Below are positions 1 through 12,815 of a stretch of 64,000 bases of DNA, piece after piece. The notes under the pieces were generated by a model. The model was not told the origin of the DNA. It saw only the letters and a list, made by a program, of their open reading frames with translations, and searched no databases. The first letter of the stretch is position 1, and each line of letters begins with the position of its first letter. Made by a program: the position numbers and the translations under genes. This DNA comes from Auanema rhodensis (taxonomy: Eukaryota > Animalia > Nematoda). The stretch is taken from assembly GCA_964057225.1 (NCBI GenBank), contig OZ059899.1, forward strand, positions 9,114,001-9,178,000. The letters are read 5' to 3'.

Positions 1-532
1 TATTTTACCAAAGACAGTACTGGAGCGTAAGCTGAGAAAATTCGTAATAAAGTTTATTATTAATTTTTCAGATTGGGATGCGTCAATGAAGTTAATAATG
101 AGCTTGTATGCTCAAGCCCAGGATGTTCTCAGCGAAATTGTCCAAAACACGCTCTATGTCATCACAGGTTTCTTAAATTTATAGTACAATTAAGTATATT
201 TTTGTTTCAGACTAGCTGTTTTCATATCATTGGAGAATGAAAATAAAAAAAATGCAATTGTTGAAAACCTGGAACGGAAAAGGAACGAGAGAACAGCAAG
301 AGACGTGCAATCCGAGCAATTGAGACCAGCTGACGGGTCTAAATTCGATCAGAGACGATTTGGTTCGCAATTCTCCAAAACGAACCGTAAAAGAAACTAC
401 TATGACATGGAGTAAGTTTAACACTACTGTCCCGAAATAATTTTTTATTACAGTACGACAGCCGATTCAGATGAAGAGATTTTGATTCCAGGCCCATCAG
501 GACAACAGGATCGCTACTACTCACTTTCATAA
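1..532 (+). CDS. C-terminal exons of MULE transposase (SWIM-like zinc finger and basic tail), 5'-truncated by window edge
   Basis: Same spliced exons as 20444-20975; stop TAA at 530-532. Confidence 0.8.
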
Positions 533-1102
533 AGTGCCGTAGCTACAAAAATTGGATACTAATAAACTTGAATAAGGTGAGTGAACTAACATATTTCAAA
601 CTATATATTTGATTTCATTTACAATATTGATCCATCACACACTCTCACCAAACTGAGAATCATTATTAAAAGGTCAGTTAGAACGATTGCTTAACATCTT
701 TAATGAACACTTTTCATGTATGCAACTGCTCCACAAAAAGAAAACATGCGAAACGGAAAGTTTTATAAAAATTAAATTTCGATTCTTTTCACACTTCATG
801 TTCAACTAATGTAAAAATTTTTTTCCTGATAGTATAATCTCTAATTTGAAAAAAACATAAAATTTCAAACTACAACTTTTGTATTTTAGTATACTTAGTA
901 TAAAGATATTTTTTTGGTAAACTTGGTATACTTGATGAATTTGGTAAACTTGGTAAACCTTGCAAAGTGTTCACAAATTAATATTAGGTATAATTTGGTA
1001 AACCTGGTAAACCTGGTATACCATATAACTATGGTAAACTTGTCTATTGCGTGGTAAACCTAGTTTGGTAAACCTAAAGTTTGGTAAACTTGTCAGTTTG
1101 CC
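1..1102 (+). mobile_element. 3' part of Mutator-like (MULE) DNA transposon, duplicate of 20444-21545
   Basis: Matches 20444-21545 (offset 20,443). Right TIR 923-1102 ends ...TGTCAGTTTGCC, followed by TSD GAAGATTGT (1103-1111) and the 3' half of a tRNA-Arg. Confidence 0.93.
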
Positions 1103-1134
1103 GAAGATTGTAGGTTCGAATCCAGCCGTGGTCG
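1103..1134 (+). pseudogene. 3' half of tRNA-Arg(ACG) (nt 42-73) left by MULE insertion
   Basis: GAAGATTGTAGGTTCGAATCCAGCCGTGGTCG directly after the TIR. Confidence 0.92.
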
Positions 1135-1671
1135 TAAATTTTTTTCATTTCACTTGTCATTTACAAAAATCGAATTTATCTTCTTCAACGATTATTTTTG
1201 CAATGTGTCATAAGAATTTCACAGTTGAACAAAACGTTTTTTAAGAAGTTTTTTTGTTGTCAACATATATATTTTCCTGGAATTCGAAAGCATTTGGGAT
1301 GGAATTTAAAAAGAAAAGAACTAGTTTTTCCTACTTTAAAACAAACAATACGAAATAAAATGAAAAAGATTGTTAGATATCCAATTTAAACATATACATT
1401 AACTTCGATAAAGAGCCTATTAGATTGAAATTTTATGTCTTACAGTTCTCCAACAGAACAGACTGATCCTGATTTTTCCACGATTACATAAAACTCTGGT
1501 TTGATATAAAAAAAAGGAGAGGAATAACGTTTCCAGGATGTCAAGGATATCGAATCTAGTGATATTGTAGAAAAATTTAATGTCAGCTCCATAGGTTTTC
1601 TCCTAATTTCTCTCATCACAATTGTCTTAGTTTTTTTTCTCATAAGAGTTTCTGAAATCTTAGTTGAACAA

Positions 1672-1744
1672 GGCCGCGTGGCGCAATGGATAACGCGTCT
1701 GCCTACGGAGCAGAAGATTGTAGGTTCGAATCCAGCCGTGGTCG
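1672..1744 (+). tRNA. tRNA-Arg(ACG), A63 variant
   Basis: 73 nt cloverleaf GGCCGCG...GTGGTCG, anticodon ACG at 34-36, A/B boxes, T7 run downstream. Confidence 0.93.
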
Positions 1745-1748
1745 TAAA

Positions 1749-1755
1749 TTTTTTT
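1749..1755 (+). terminator. RNA Pol III oligo-T terminator (present after every full tRNA copy)
   Basis: TAAA followed by a T7 run immediately after tRNA nt 73. Confidence 0.8.
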
Positions 1756-2280
1756 CATTTCACTTGTCATTCATAAAAATCGAATTTATTTTTTTCAATG
1801 ATTTTTTTTTGCAATGTGTCATAAGAATTACACAGTTGAACAAAACGTTTTTTAAGAATTTTCTTTCTTGTCAACATATATATTTTCCTGGAATTCGAAA
1901 GCATTTGGGATGGAAATTAGAAAGAAAAGAACTAGTTTTTCCTACTTTAAAACAAACAATAAGAAATAAAATGAAAAAGATTGTTAGATATCCAATTTAA
2001 ACTTATACATTAACTTCGATAAAGAGCCTATTAGATTGAAATTTTATGTCTTACAGTTCTCCAACAGAACAGACTGATCCTGATTTCTCTATGATTACAT
2101 AAAACTCCCGTTTGATATAAAAAAAGGAGAGGAATAACGTTTCCAGGATGTCAAGGATATCGAATCTAGTGATATTGTAGAGAAATGTAATGTCAGCTTC
2201 ATAGCTTTTCTCTTGATTTCTCTCATCACAATTGTCTTAGTTTTTTTCTCATAAGAGTTTCTGAAATCTCAGTTAAACAA

Positions 2281-2353
2281 GGCCGCGTGGCGCAATGGAT
2301 AACGCGTCTGCCTACGGAGCAGAAGATTGTAGGTTCGAATCCAGCCGTGGTCG
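2281..2353 (+). tRNA. tRNA-Arg(ACG), A63 variant
   Basis: Array copy. Confidence 0.92.
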
Positions 2354-3298
2354 TAAATTTTTTTCATTTCACTTGTCATTTACAAAAATCGAATTTATCT
2401 TCTTCAACGATTATTTTTGCAATGTGTCATAAGAATTTCACAGTTGAACAAAACGTTTTTTAAGAAGTTTTTTTGTTGTCAACATATATATTGTGCTGGA
2501 ATTCGAAAGCATTTGGGATGGAAATTAGAAAGAAAAGAACTAGTTTTTCCTACTTTAAAACAAACAATACGAAATAAAATGAAAAAGATTGTTAGATATC
2601 CAATTTAAACATATACATTAACTTCGATAAAGAGCCTATTAGATTGAAATTTTATGTCTTACAGTACTCCAACAGAACAGACTGATCTTGATTTCTCTAC
2701 AATTACATAAAACTCCCGTTTGATATAAAAAAAGGAGAGGAATAACGTTTCCAAGATGTCGAGGATATCGAATCTAGTGATATTGTAAAAAAATGTAATG
2801 TCAGCTCCATAGGTTTTCTCCTAATTTCTCTCATCACAATTGTCTTAGTTTTTTTTCTCATAAGAGTTTCTGAAATCTTAGGTGAACAAGGCCGTATATA
2901 ATTTCCTGGAATTCGAAAGCATTTGGGATGGAAATTAGAAAGAAAAGAACTAGTTTTTCCTACTTTAAAACAAACAATAAGAAATAAAATGAAAAAGATT
3001 GTTAGATATCCAATTTAAACTTATACATTTACTTCGATAAAGAGCCTATTAGATTGAAATTTTATGTCTTACAGTTCTCCAACAGAACAGACTGATCCTG
3101 ATTTCTCTATGATTACATAAAACTCCCGTTTGATATAAAAAAAGGAGAGGAATAACGTTTCCAGGATGTCAAGGATATCGAATCTAGTGATATTGTAGAG
3201 AAATGTAATGTCAGCTTCATAGCTTTTCTCTTGATTTCTCTCATCACAATTGTCTTAGTTTTTTTCTCATAAGAGTTTCTGAAATCTCAGTTAAACAA

Positions 3299-3371
3299 GG
3301 CCGCGTGGCGCAATGGATAACGCGTCTGCCTACGGAGCAGAAGATTGTAGGTTCGAATCCAGCCGTGGTCG
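3299..3371 (+). tRNA. tRNA-Arg(ACG), A63 variant
   Basis: Array copy. Confidence 0.92.
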
Positions 3372-3907
3372 TAAATTTTTTTCATTTCACTTGTCATTTA
3401 CAAAAATCGAATTTATCTTCTTCAACGATTATTTTTGCAATGTGTCATAAGAATTTCACAGTTGAACAAAACGTTTTTTAAGAAGTTTTTTTGTTGTCAA
3501 CATATATATTTTGCTGGAATTCGAAAGCATTTGGGATGGAAATTAGAAAGAAAAGAACTAGTTTTTCCTACTTTAAAACAAACAATACGAAATAAAATGA
3601 AAAAGATTGTTAGATATCCAATTTAAACATATACATTAACTTCGATAAAGAGCCTATTAGATTGAAATTTTATGTCTTACAGTACTCCAACAGAACAGAC
3701 TGATCTTGATTTCTCTACAATTACATAAAACTCCCGTTTGATATAAAAAAAGGAGAGGAATAACGTTTCCAAGATGTCGAGGATATCGAATCTAGTGATA
3801 TTGTAAAAAAATGTAATGTCAGCTCCATAGGTTTTCTCCTAATTTCTCTCATCACAATTGTCTTAGTTTTTTTCCTCATAAGAGTTTCTGAAATCTTAGT
3901 TGAACAA

Positions 3908-3980
3908 GGCCGCGTGGCGCAATGGATAACGCGTCTGCCTACGGAGCAGAAGATTGTAGGTTCGAATCCTGCCGTGGTCG
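3908..3980 (+). tRNA. tRNA-Arg(ACG), T63 (paired T-stem)
   Basis: Array copy, GTAGG/CCTGC T-stem. Confidence 0.96.
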
Positions 3981-4515
3981 TAAATTTTTTTCATTTCACT
4001 TGTCATTCATAAAAATCGAATTTAACTTTTTTAATGAATATTTTCGCAATGTGTCATAAGAATTACACAGTTGAACAAAACGTTTTTTAAGAATTTTCTT
4101 TGTTGTCAATATATATTTTTTCCTGGAATTCGAAAGCATTTGGGATGGAATTTAGAAAGAAAAGAACTAGTTTTTCCTACTTTAAAACAAACAATAAGAA
4201 ATAAAATGAAAAAGATTGTTAGATATCCAATTTAAACATATACATTTACTTCGATAAAGAGCCTATTAGATTGAAATTTTATGTCTTACAGTTCTCCAAC
4301 AGAACAGACTGATCCTGATTTCTCTATGATTACATAAAACTCCCGTTTGATATAAAAAAAGGAGAGGAATAACGTTTCCAGGATGTCAAGGATATCGAAT
4401 CTAGTGATATTGTAGAGAAATGTAATGTCAGCTTCATAGCTTTTCTCTTGATTTCTCTCATCACAATTGTCTTAGTTTTTTTCTCATAAGAGTTTCTGAA
4501 ATCTCAGTTAAACAA

Positions 4516-4588
4516 GGACGCGTGGCGCAATGGATAACGCGTCTGCCTACGGAGCAGAAGATTGTAGGTTCGAATCCAGCCGTGGTCG
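4516..4588 (+). tRNA. tRNA-Arg(ACG), A63 plus C3A acceptor-stem mismatch
   Basis: Starts GGACGCG. Confidence 0.8.
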
Positions 4589-5125
4589 TAAATTTTTTTC
4601 ATTTCACTTGTCATTTACAAAAATCGAATTTATCTTCTTCAACGATTATTTTTGCAATGTGTCATAAGAATTTCACAGTTGAACAAAACGTTTTTTAAGA
4701 AGTTTTTTTGTTGTCAACATATATATTTTGCTGGAATTCGAAAGCATTTGGGATGGAAATTAGAAAGAAAAGAACTAGTTTTTCCTACTTTAAAACAAAC
4801 AATACGAAATAAAATGAAAAAGATTGTTAGATATCCAATTTAAACATATACATTAACTTCGATAAAGAGCCTATTAGATTGAAATTTTAAGTCTTACAGT
4901 TCTCCAACAGAACAGACTGATCCTGATTTTTCTACGATTACATAAAATTCTCGTTTGATATAAAAAAAGGAGAGGAATAACGTTTCCAAGATGTCGAGGA
5001 TATCGAATCTAGTGATATTGTAAAAAAATGTAATGTCAGCTCCATAGGTTTTCTCCTAATTTCTCTCATCACAATTGTCTTAGTTTTTTTTTCTCATAAG
5101 AGTTTCTGAAATCTTAGTTGAACAA

Positions 5126-5198
5126 GGCCGCGTGGCGCAATGGATAACGCGTCCGCCTACGGAGCAGAAGATTGTAGGTTCGAATCCTGCCGTGGTCG
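5126..5198 (+). tRNA. tRNA-Arg(ACG), T63 plus T29C anticodon-stem mismatch
   Basis: GTCCGCCTACGG. Confidence 0.82.
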
Positions 5199-6143
5199 TA
5201 AATTTTTTTCATTTCACTTGTCATTCATAAAAATCGAATTTAACTTTTTTAATGAATATTTTCGCAATGTGTCATAAGAATTACACAGTTGAACAAAACG
5301 TTTTTTAAGAATTTTCTTTGTTGTCAACATATATATTTTCCTGGAATTCGAAAGCATTTGGGATGGAATTTAGAAAGAAAAGAACTAGTTTTTCCTACTT
5401 TAAAACAAACAATAAGAAATAAAATGAAAAAGATTGTTAGATATCCAATTTAAACATATACATTAACTTCGGTAAAGAGCGTATTAGATTGAAATTTTAT
5501 GTCTTACAGTACTCCAACAGAACAGACTGATCTTGATTTCTCTACAATTACATAAAACTCCCGTTTGATATAAAAAAAGGAGAGGAATAACGTTTCCAGG
5601 ATGTCAAGGATATCGAATCTAGTGATATTGTAGAGAAATGTAATGTCAGCTCCATAGGTTTTCTCCTAATTTCTCTCATCACAATTGTCTTAGTTTTTTT
5701 TCTCATAAGAGTTTCTGAAATCTTAGGTGAACAAGGCCGTATATAATTTCCTGGAATTCGAAAGCATTTGGGATGGAATTAAGAAAGAAAAGAACTAGTT
5801 TTTCGTACTTTAAAACAAACAATAAGAAATAAAATGAAAAAGATTGTTAGATATCCAATTTAAACATATACATTTACTTCGATAAAGAGCCTATTAGATT
5901 GAAATTTTATGTCTTACAGTTCTCCAACAGAACAGACTGATCCTGATTTCTCTATGATTACATAAAACTCCCGTTTGATATAAAAAAAGGAGAGGAATAA
6001 CGTTTCCAGGATGTCAAGGATATCGAATCTAGTGATATTGTAGAGAAATGTAATGTCAGCTTCATAGCTTTTCTCTTGATTTCTCTCATCACAATTGTCT
6101 TAGTTTTTTTCTCATAAGAGTTTCTGAAATCTCAGTTAAACAA

Positions 6144-6216
6144 GGCCGCGTGGCGCAATGGATAACGCGTCTGCCTACGGAGCAGAAGATTGTAGGTTCG
6201 AATCCAGCCGTGGTCG
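6144..6216 (+). tRNA. tRNA-Arg(ACG), A63 variant
   Basis: Array copy. Confidence 0.92.
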
Positions 6217-7163
6217 TAATTTTTTTTCATTTCACTTGTCATTTACAAAAATCGAATTTATCTTCTTCAACGATTATTTTTGCAATGTGTCATAAGAATT
6301 TCACAGTTGAACAAAACGTTTTTTAAGAAGTTTTTTTGTTGTCAACATATATATTTTGCTGGAATTCGAAAGCATTTGGGATGGAAATTAGAAAGAAAAG
6401 AACTAGTTTTTCCTACTTTAAAACAAACAATACGAAATAAAATGAAAAAGATTGTTAGATATCCAATTTAAACATATACATTAACTTCGATAAAGAGCCT
6501 ATTAGATTGAAATTTTAAGTCTTACAGTTCTCCAACACAACAGACTGATCCTGATTTTTCTACGATTACATAAAACTCTCGTTTGATATAAAAAAAGGAG
6601 AGGAATAACGTTGCCAGGATGTCAAGGATATCGAATCTAGTGATATTATAGAAAAATGTAATGTCAGCTCCATAGGTTTTCTCCTAATTTCTCTCATCAC
6701 AATTGTCTTAGTTTTTTTTCTCATAAGAGTTTCTGAAATCTTAGGTGAACAAGGCCGTATATAATTTCCTGGAATTCGAAAGCATTTGGGATGGAATTTA
6801 GAAAGAAAAGAACTAGTTTTTCCTACTTTAAAACAAACAATAAGAAATAAAATGAAAAAGATTGCTAGATATCCAATTTAAACTTATACATTTACTTCGA
6901 TAAAGAGCCTATTAGTTTGAAATTTTATGTCTTACAGTTCTCCAACAGAACAGACTGATCCTGATTTTTCTACGATTACATAAAATTCTCGTTTGATATA
7001 AAAAAAGGAGAGGAATAACGTTTCCAAGATGTCGAGGATATCGAATCTAGTGATATTGTAAAAAAATGTAATGTCAGCTCCATAGGTTTTCTCCTAATTT
7101 CTCTCATCACAATTGTCTTAGTTTTTTTTTCTCATAAGAGTTTCTGAAATCTTAGTTGAACAA

Positions 7164-7236
7164 GGCCGCGTGGCGCAATGGATAACGCGTCTGCCTACGG
7201 AGCAGAAGATTGTAGGTTCGAATCCTGCCGTGGTCG
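7164..7236 (+). tRNA. tRNA-Arg(ACG), T63
   Basis: Array copy. Confidence 0.96.
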
Positions 7237-7771
7237 TAAATTTTTTTCATTTCACTTGTCATTCATAAAAATCGAATTTAACTTTTTTAATGAATATTTT
7301 CGCAATGTGTCATAAGAATTACACAGTTGAACAAAACGTTTTTTAAGAATTTTCTTTGTTGTCAACATATATATTTTCCTGGAATTCGAAAGCATTTGGG
7401 ATGGAATTTAGAAAGAAAAGAACTAGTTTTTCCTACTTTAAAACAAACAATAAGAAATAAAATGAAAAAGATTGTTAGATATCCAATTTAAACATATACA
7501 TTAACTTCGGTAAAGAGCGTATTAGATTGAAATTTTATGTCTTACAGTACTCCAACAGAACAGACTGATCTTGATTTCTCTACAATTACATAAAACTCCC
7601 GTTTGATATAAAAAAAGGAGAGGAATAACGTTTCCAGGATGTCAAGGATATCGAATCTAGTGATATTGTAGAGAAATGTAATGTCAGCTTCATAGCTTTT
7701 CTCTTGATTTCTCTCATCACAATTGTCTTAGTTTTTTTCTCATAAGAGTTTCTGAAATCTCAGTTAAACAA

Positions 7772-7844
7772 GGCCGCGTGGCGCAATGGATAACGCGTCT
7801 GCCTACGGAGCAGAAGATTGTAGGTTCGAATCCAGCCGTGGTCG
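7772..7844 (+). tRNA. tRNA-Arg(ACG), A63 variant
   Basis: Array copy. Confidence 0.92.
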
Positions 7845-8381
7845 TAAATTTTTTTCATTTCACTTGTCATTTACAAAAATCGAATTTATCTTCTTCAACG
7901 ATTATTTTTGCAATGTGTCATAAGAATTTCACAGTTGAACAAAACTTTTTTTAAGAAGTTTTTTTGTTGTCAACATATATATTTTGCTGGAATTCGAAAG
8001 CATTTGGGATGGAAATTAGAAAGAAAAGAACTAGTTTTTCCTACTTTAAAACAAACAATACGAAATAAAATGAAAAAGATTGTTAGATATCCAATTTAAA
8101 CATATACATTAACTTCGATAAAGAGCCTATTAGATTGAAATTTTAAGTCTTACAGTTCTCCAACAGAACAGACTGATCCTGATTTTTCTACGATTACATA
8201 AAATTCTCGTTTGATATAAAAAAAGGAGAGGAATAACGTTTCCAAGATGTCGAGGATATCGAATCTAGTGATATTGTAAAAAAATGTAATGTCAGCTCCA
8301 TAGGTTTTCTCCTAATTTCTCTCATCACAATTGTCTTAGTTTTTTTTTCTCATAAGAGTTTCTGAAATCTTAGTTGAACAA

Positions 8382-8454
8382 GGCCGCGTGGCGCAATGGA
8401 TAACGCGTCTGCCTACGGAGCAGAAGATTGTAGGTTCGAATCCTGCCGTGGTCG
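8382..8454 (+). tRNA. tRNA-Arg(ACG), T63
   Basis: Array copy. Confidence 0.96.
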
Positions 8455-9811
8455 TAAATTTTTTTCATTTCACTTGTCATTCATAAAAATCGAATTTAAC
8501 TTTTTTAATGAATATTTTCGCAATGTGTCATAAGAATTACACAGTTGAACAAAACGTTTTTTAAGAATTTTCTTTGTTGTCAACATATATATTTTCCTGG
8601 AATTCGAAAGCATTTGGGATGGAATTTAGAAAGAAAAGAACTAGTTTTTCCTACTTTAAAACAAACAATAAGAAATAAAATGAAAAAGATTGTTAGATAT
8701 CCAATTTAAACATATACATTAACTTCGGTAAAGAGCGTATTAGATTGAAATTTTATGTCTTACAGTACTCCAACAGAACAGACTGATCTTGATTTCTCTA
8801 CAATTACATAAAACTCCCGTTTGATATAAAAAAAGGAGAGGAATAACGTTTCCAGGATGTCAAGGATATCGAATCTAGTGATATTGTAGAGAAATGTAAT
8901 GTCAGCTCCATAGGTTTTCTCCTAATTTCTCTCATCACAATTGTCTTAGTTTTTTTTCTCATAAGAGTTTCTGAAATCTTAGGTGAACAAGGCCGTATAT
9001 AATTTCCTGGAATTCGAAAGCATTTGGGATGGAATTTAGAAAGAAAAGAACTAGTTTTTCCTACTTTAAAACAAACAATAAGAAATAAAATGAAAAAGAT
9101 TGCTAGATATCCAATTTAAACTTATACATTTACTTCGATAAAGAGCCTATTAGTTTGAAATTTTATGTCTTACAGTTCTCCAACAGAACAGACTGATCCT
9201 GATTTTTCTACGATTACATAAAATTCTCGTTTGATATAAAAAAAGGAGAGGAATAACGTTTCCAAGATGTCGAGGATATCGAATCTAGTGATATTGTAGA
9301 GAAATGTAATGTCAGCTCCATAGGTTTTCTCCTAATTTCTCTCATCACAATTGTCTTAGTTTTTTTTCTCATAAGAGTTTCTGAAATCTTAGGTGAACAA
9401 GGCCGTATATAATTTCCTGGAATTCGAAAGCATTTGGGATGGAATTTAGAAAGAAAAGAACTAGTTTTTCCTACTTTAAAACAAACAATAAGAAATAAAA
9501 TGAAAAAGATTGCTAGATATCCAATTTAAACTTATACATTTACTTCGATAAAGAGCCTATTAGTTTGAAATTTTATGTCTTACAGTTCTCCAACAGAACA
9601 GACTGATCCTGATTTTTCTACGATTACATAAAATTCTCGTTTGATATAAAAAAAGGAGAGGAATAACGTTTCCAAGATGTCGAGGATATCGAATCTAGTG
9701 ATATTGTAAAAAAATGTAATGTCAGCTCCATAGGTTTTCTCCTAATTTCTCTCATCACAATTGTCTTAGTTTTTTTTTCTCATAAGAGTTTCTGAAATCT
9801 TAGTTGAACAA

Positions 9812-9884
9812 GGCCGCGTGGCGCAATGGATAACGCGTCTGCCTACGGAGCAGAAGATTGTAGGTTCGAATCCTGCCGTGGTCG
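9812..9884 (+). tRNA. tRNA-Arg(ACG), T63
   Basis: Array copy. Confidence 0.96.
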
Positions 9885-10490
9885 TAAATTTTTTTCATTT
9901 CACTTGTCATTCATAAAAATCGAATTTAACTTTTTTAATGAATATTTTCGCAATGTGTCATAAGAATTACACAGTTGAACAAAACGTTTTTTAAGAATTT
10001 TCTTTGTTGTCAACATATATATTTTCCTGGAATTCGAAAGCATTTGGGATGGAATTTAGAAAGAAAAGAACTAGTTTTTCCTACTTTAAAACAAACAATA
10101 AGAAATAAAATGAAAAAGATTGTTAGATATCCAATTTAAACATATACATTAACTTCGGTAAAGAGCGTATTAGATTGAAATTTTATGTCTTACAGTACTC
10201 CAACAGAACAGACTGATCTTGATTTCTCTACAATTACATAAAACTCCCGTTTGATATAAAAAAAGGAGAGGAATAACGTTTCCAGGATGTCAAGGATATC
10301 GAATCTAGTGATATTGTAGAGAAATGTAATGTCAGCTCCATAGGTTTTCTCCTAATTTCTCTCATCACAATTGTCTTAGTTTTTTTTCTCATAAGAGTTT
10401 CTGAAATCTTAGGTGAACAAGGCCGTATATAATTTCCTGGAATTCGAAAGCATTTGGGATGGAATTTAGAAAGAAAAGAACTAGTTTTTC

Positions 10491-10907
10491 CTACTTTAAT
10501 GACTGAAAGACTGAAAATCCATTGGGCTCCGTTTTTGTTTTATCCAATACAAAATCTAAAATTTTTGTAATATTCGTGTTTGGTACAGCCTCATTATTAA
10601 TCACAAGTTGGTTATTCTTGTTTGTGCGCACCTCTGGAAATTTCTCCCACAAATTGTTATACTTTCTTGGCAACTTGTATTCTGGCAATAGAGGTGGATC
10701 AGCATTTTCCACTTGTACTGATATGGGCGCATCTATACTTTCTCTATAGTTTTTGAGACGAGCAATCAAGTCTTCGTATAGTTCAGCCTTTTTATAATCG
10801 GGTATAGCTCTATTTTCTCGTAAAAGCTTCAATTCAGCATCAAACTTGTCTATATTAATTGTTTCCTCGTCGACAGGAATTAGTCGATATTTATGATTGA
10901 GCTTCAT
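10491..10907 (-). pseudogene. Conserved Polinton protein of unknown function, C-terminally truncated at the array junction
   Basis: KYRLIP...KAELYEDLIARL...NQLVINNEAVPNTNI...PNGF resembles the gene typically found downstream of the ATPase in Polintons. The stop is supplied by array sequence. Confidence 0.6.
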
Positions 10908-11212
10908 GATTTAAAACCAAAATAGGCAATACTACATGTAACTATTGTTTTCAATTGTTTGTGTGAAAGCGTTGCCAATAATGATTTAGCCTTTTCCGGT
11001 GTGCGTATCAAAGCTATTTGACGTAATAATGAAGATATGGGCAAGAGGGTTTTATATTCCTTGTTAGTTAAAAGAAAATTATTATTTTTCACAATATTAA
11101 ATACAATTTCAACAATAATTTCAATTTGTGCAAAAGAAAATGAGGAAACAGAACAAGGAGTTTTGGCGCAAGAAGACAAAAAGTTGAAATTTGACAAAAT
11201 ACGACCACTCAT
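10904..11212 (-). CDS. Small conserved Polinton protein (102 aa) downstream of ATPase
   Basis: QIEIIVEIVFNIVK...LTNKEYKTLLP...LRQIA pattern; tight virus-like packing (4 bp overlap with the next ORF). Confidence 0.62.
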   Translation of the reverse strand: MSGRILSNFNFLSSCAKTPCSVSSFSFAQIEIIVEIVFNIVKNNNFLLTNKEYKTLLPISSLLRQIALIRTPEKAKSLLATLSHKQLKTIVTCSIAYFGFKS

Positions 11213-11224
11213 TGAACAAGCACT

Positions 11225-11873
11225 TTAAACACTAAACACATTTCTGGCAACATAAACAATAGGGTTCTCCGCTGTTATATCAGATAGTATACGCTGCTTC
11301 TCACTTGTTAAAGGATGATTGTCAATCAGTAAATGACTATAGGGAGTAGACATTGCATCATCATACGCCTCTAGAGCATTTTTGAAACGTGGCCCAAATA
11401 ATTGCTGCAGACAATTACGTATTTGTAATATATCTGAATGACTTTTCATCAGTATTATATATGTACTATTGATTCGACTGGTCCTGTCCAGTTGAAATGC
11501 CGCTTGCACAAGATTAAACACTGCCAAATTCCAGTGATGAGCCCATACTGAAAAATGTTGTTGAGTAATTCCTTTGCTGCTTTATTCGATAAAAAAAAGT
11601 TCATCAAATCATCCAGCACTAGTATAGTATTTACTCCCTTTTGTTCTTTTATCAAATCAGGATCAGGAGGCCCTTGAATAATTATTAAACGCTCATCATT
11701 TATTGGTACACCTGACGATGACCCACATTGACTGAACCAGAATATTCTATCAATGGGGACGTTGAGAAAAACTTTTCAGTATTTTCACATATGTGCTTTA
11801 TGAGGGTTGTTTTACCGCATTGGGTAGCACCTATTACAGTTGTCTGACTGGGTAGTTTGAAGCTGAAAACCAT
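11225..11873 (-). pseudogene. FtsK/HerA (A32-like) DNA packaging ATPase with two frameshifts
   Basis: Walker A GATQCGKTT, Walker B ILVLDD, HH...LVQ and R-finger SRINSTYIILMK. Frameshifts near 11765 (+2, TTCTC) and 11553 (-1 in a T run) join ORFs 11700-11906, 11455-11655 and 11225-11527. Confidence 0.9.
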
Positions 11874-11952
11874 AATCAACCACTCGTAAATGTACCTAAA
11901 ATGCAAATGATTTCATTTGCAATAGTGTACACGTATCAAGTGGTGGTTTGTC

Positions 11953-12810
11953 ATGGATGATTTTTACATTACTCTTCCATCATCAGTTGACTCTGAAAAA
12001 AGTAATACATCATCAGTGTTTCTTACCAGATTACCTGAAACACTAAGGCTACGCAATAATAGATATTGCATTGGGCTGACAGACATCATTTTTCCTTGTT
12101 CTATATTAAATGTTCAAAAAGATTTATCTTATACACTACGTTTTTCCAATAGAAAATTTATTCTACACTTGCCTAAAGGCAACTATGCAAATGGTGATGA
12201 AATAATACGCGGAATCAATGCTGGAAGAGAATCATTTATCGCCAACAATACAAAGCCTCTTGGAGCTGAGGAAGAAGCACGTATAAAATGTTTAATAGAT
12301 AAAGATGAAGATGTAAAAAAATGGTATAATAATCGCCAGGCTGAGGCTAAGCTAGTGGAGGAAATGCTCGCAGACGCCACATTTCAGTTTAACAAAACAT
12401 TGCAGCGCATAGAGTTTGTAACAAGCAAGCGACTATTAATGAATGCAACGCTTGGTGATGATTTTGCATATTTTCTTGGTTTTGAAAATAAAAACATCAA
12501 CGATACAATAATAGCCAGGCGTCCCAATGATTTTTCAAATAACATTAATACAATGTATATATATTGTGATATTGTAGAATATTCCATTCTTGGTAATGTG
12601 AAAGCTAATTTACTTGCATGTTTGCCTGTACCACCTCCTACTGAATTTGGTAAAATGATTGCCAAAACATTTAATCCTATTCGTTATGTACCAATCACTA
12701 GACAAACACTCGATACCATACGTATTGAAATTTTAGATGAATTTTGTCGTCCTATGCATTTTAATAATGGTTCTACAGTTGTTACATTGCATGTTAAAAA
12801 TATGAAATAA
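11953..12810 (+). CDS. Polinton minor capsid (penton-like, single jelly-roll) protein, 285 aa
   Basis: N-terminal FYITLPSS...F.TRLP..L.L....IGL.DI.FP and C-terminal MYIYCDIVEYSILG...LLA...F.PIRYVP.....IRIEILD.....F..G..VVTLH, typical of Polinton PX/penton. Confidence 0.88.
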   Translation: MDDFYITLPSSVDSEKSNTSSVFLTRLPETLRLRNNRYCIGLTDIIFPCSILNVQKDLSYTLRFSNRKFILHLPKGNYANGDEIIRGINAGRESFIANNTKPLGAEEEARIKCLIDKDEDVKKWYNNRQAEAKLVEEMLADATFQFNKTLQRIEFVTSKRLLMNATLGDDFAYFLGFENKNINDTIIARRPNDFSNNINTMYIYCDIVEYSILGNVKANLLACLPVPPPTEFGKMIAKTFNPIRYVPITRQTLDTIRIEILDEFCRPMHFNNGSTVVTLHVKNMK

Positions 12811-12815
12811 ACGTT

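Larger units (their letters stand above)
1103..10499 (+). repeat. Tandem tRNA-Arg(ACG) array, block 1 (~609 bp full units plus ~410 bp tRNA-deleted units)
   Basis: 11 full tRNA units; short units GGCCG|TATATAATTTCC at 2890, 5735, 6753, 8991, 9401, 10421. Confidence 0.97.

Noticed and set aside
1672-2280. tRNA-derived SINE interpretation of the repeat unit
   Set aside because: The tRNA is full-length with an immediate oligo-T terminator, there is no poly-A tail or TSD, and copies are strictly tandem.
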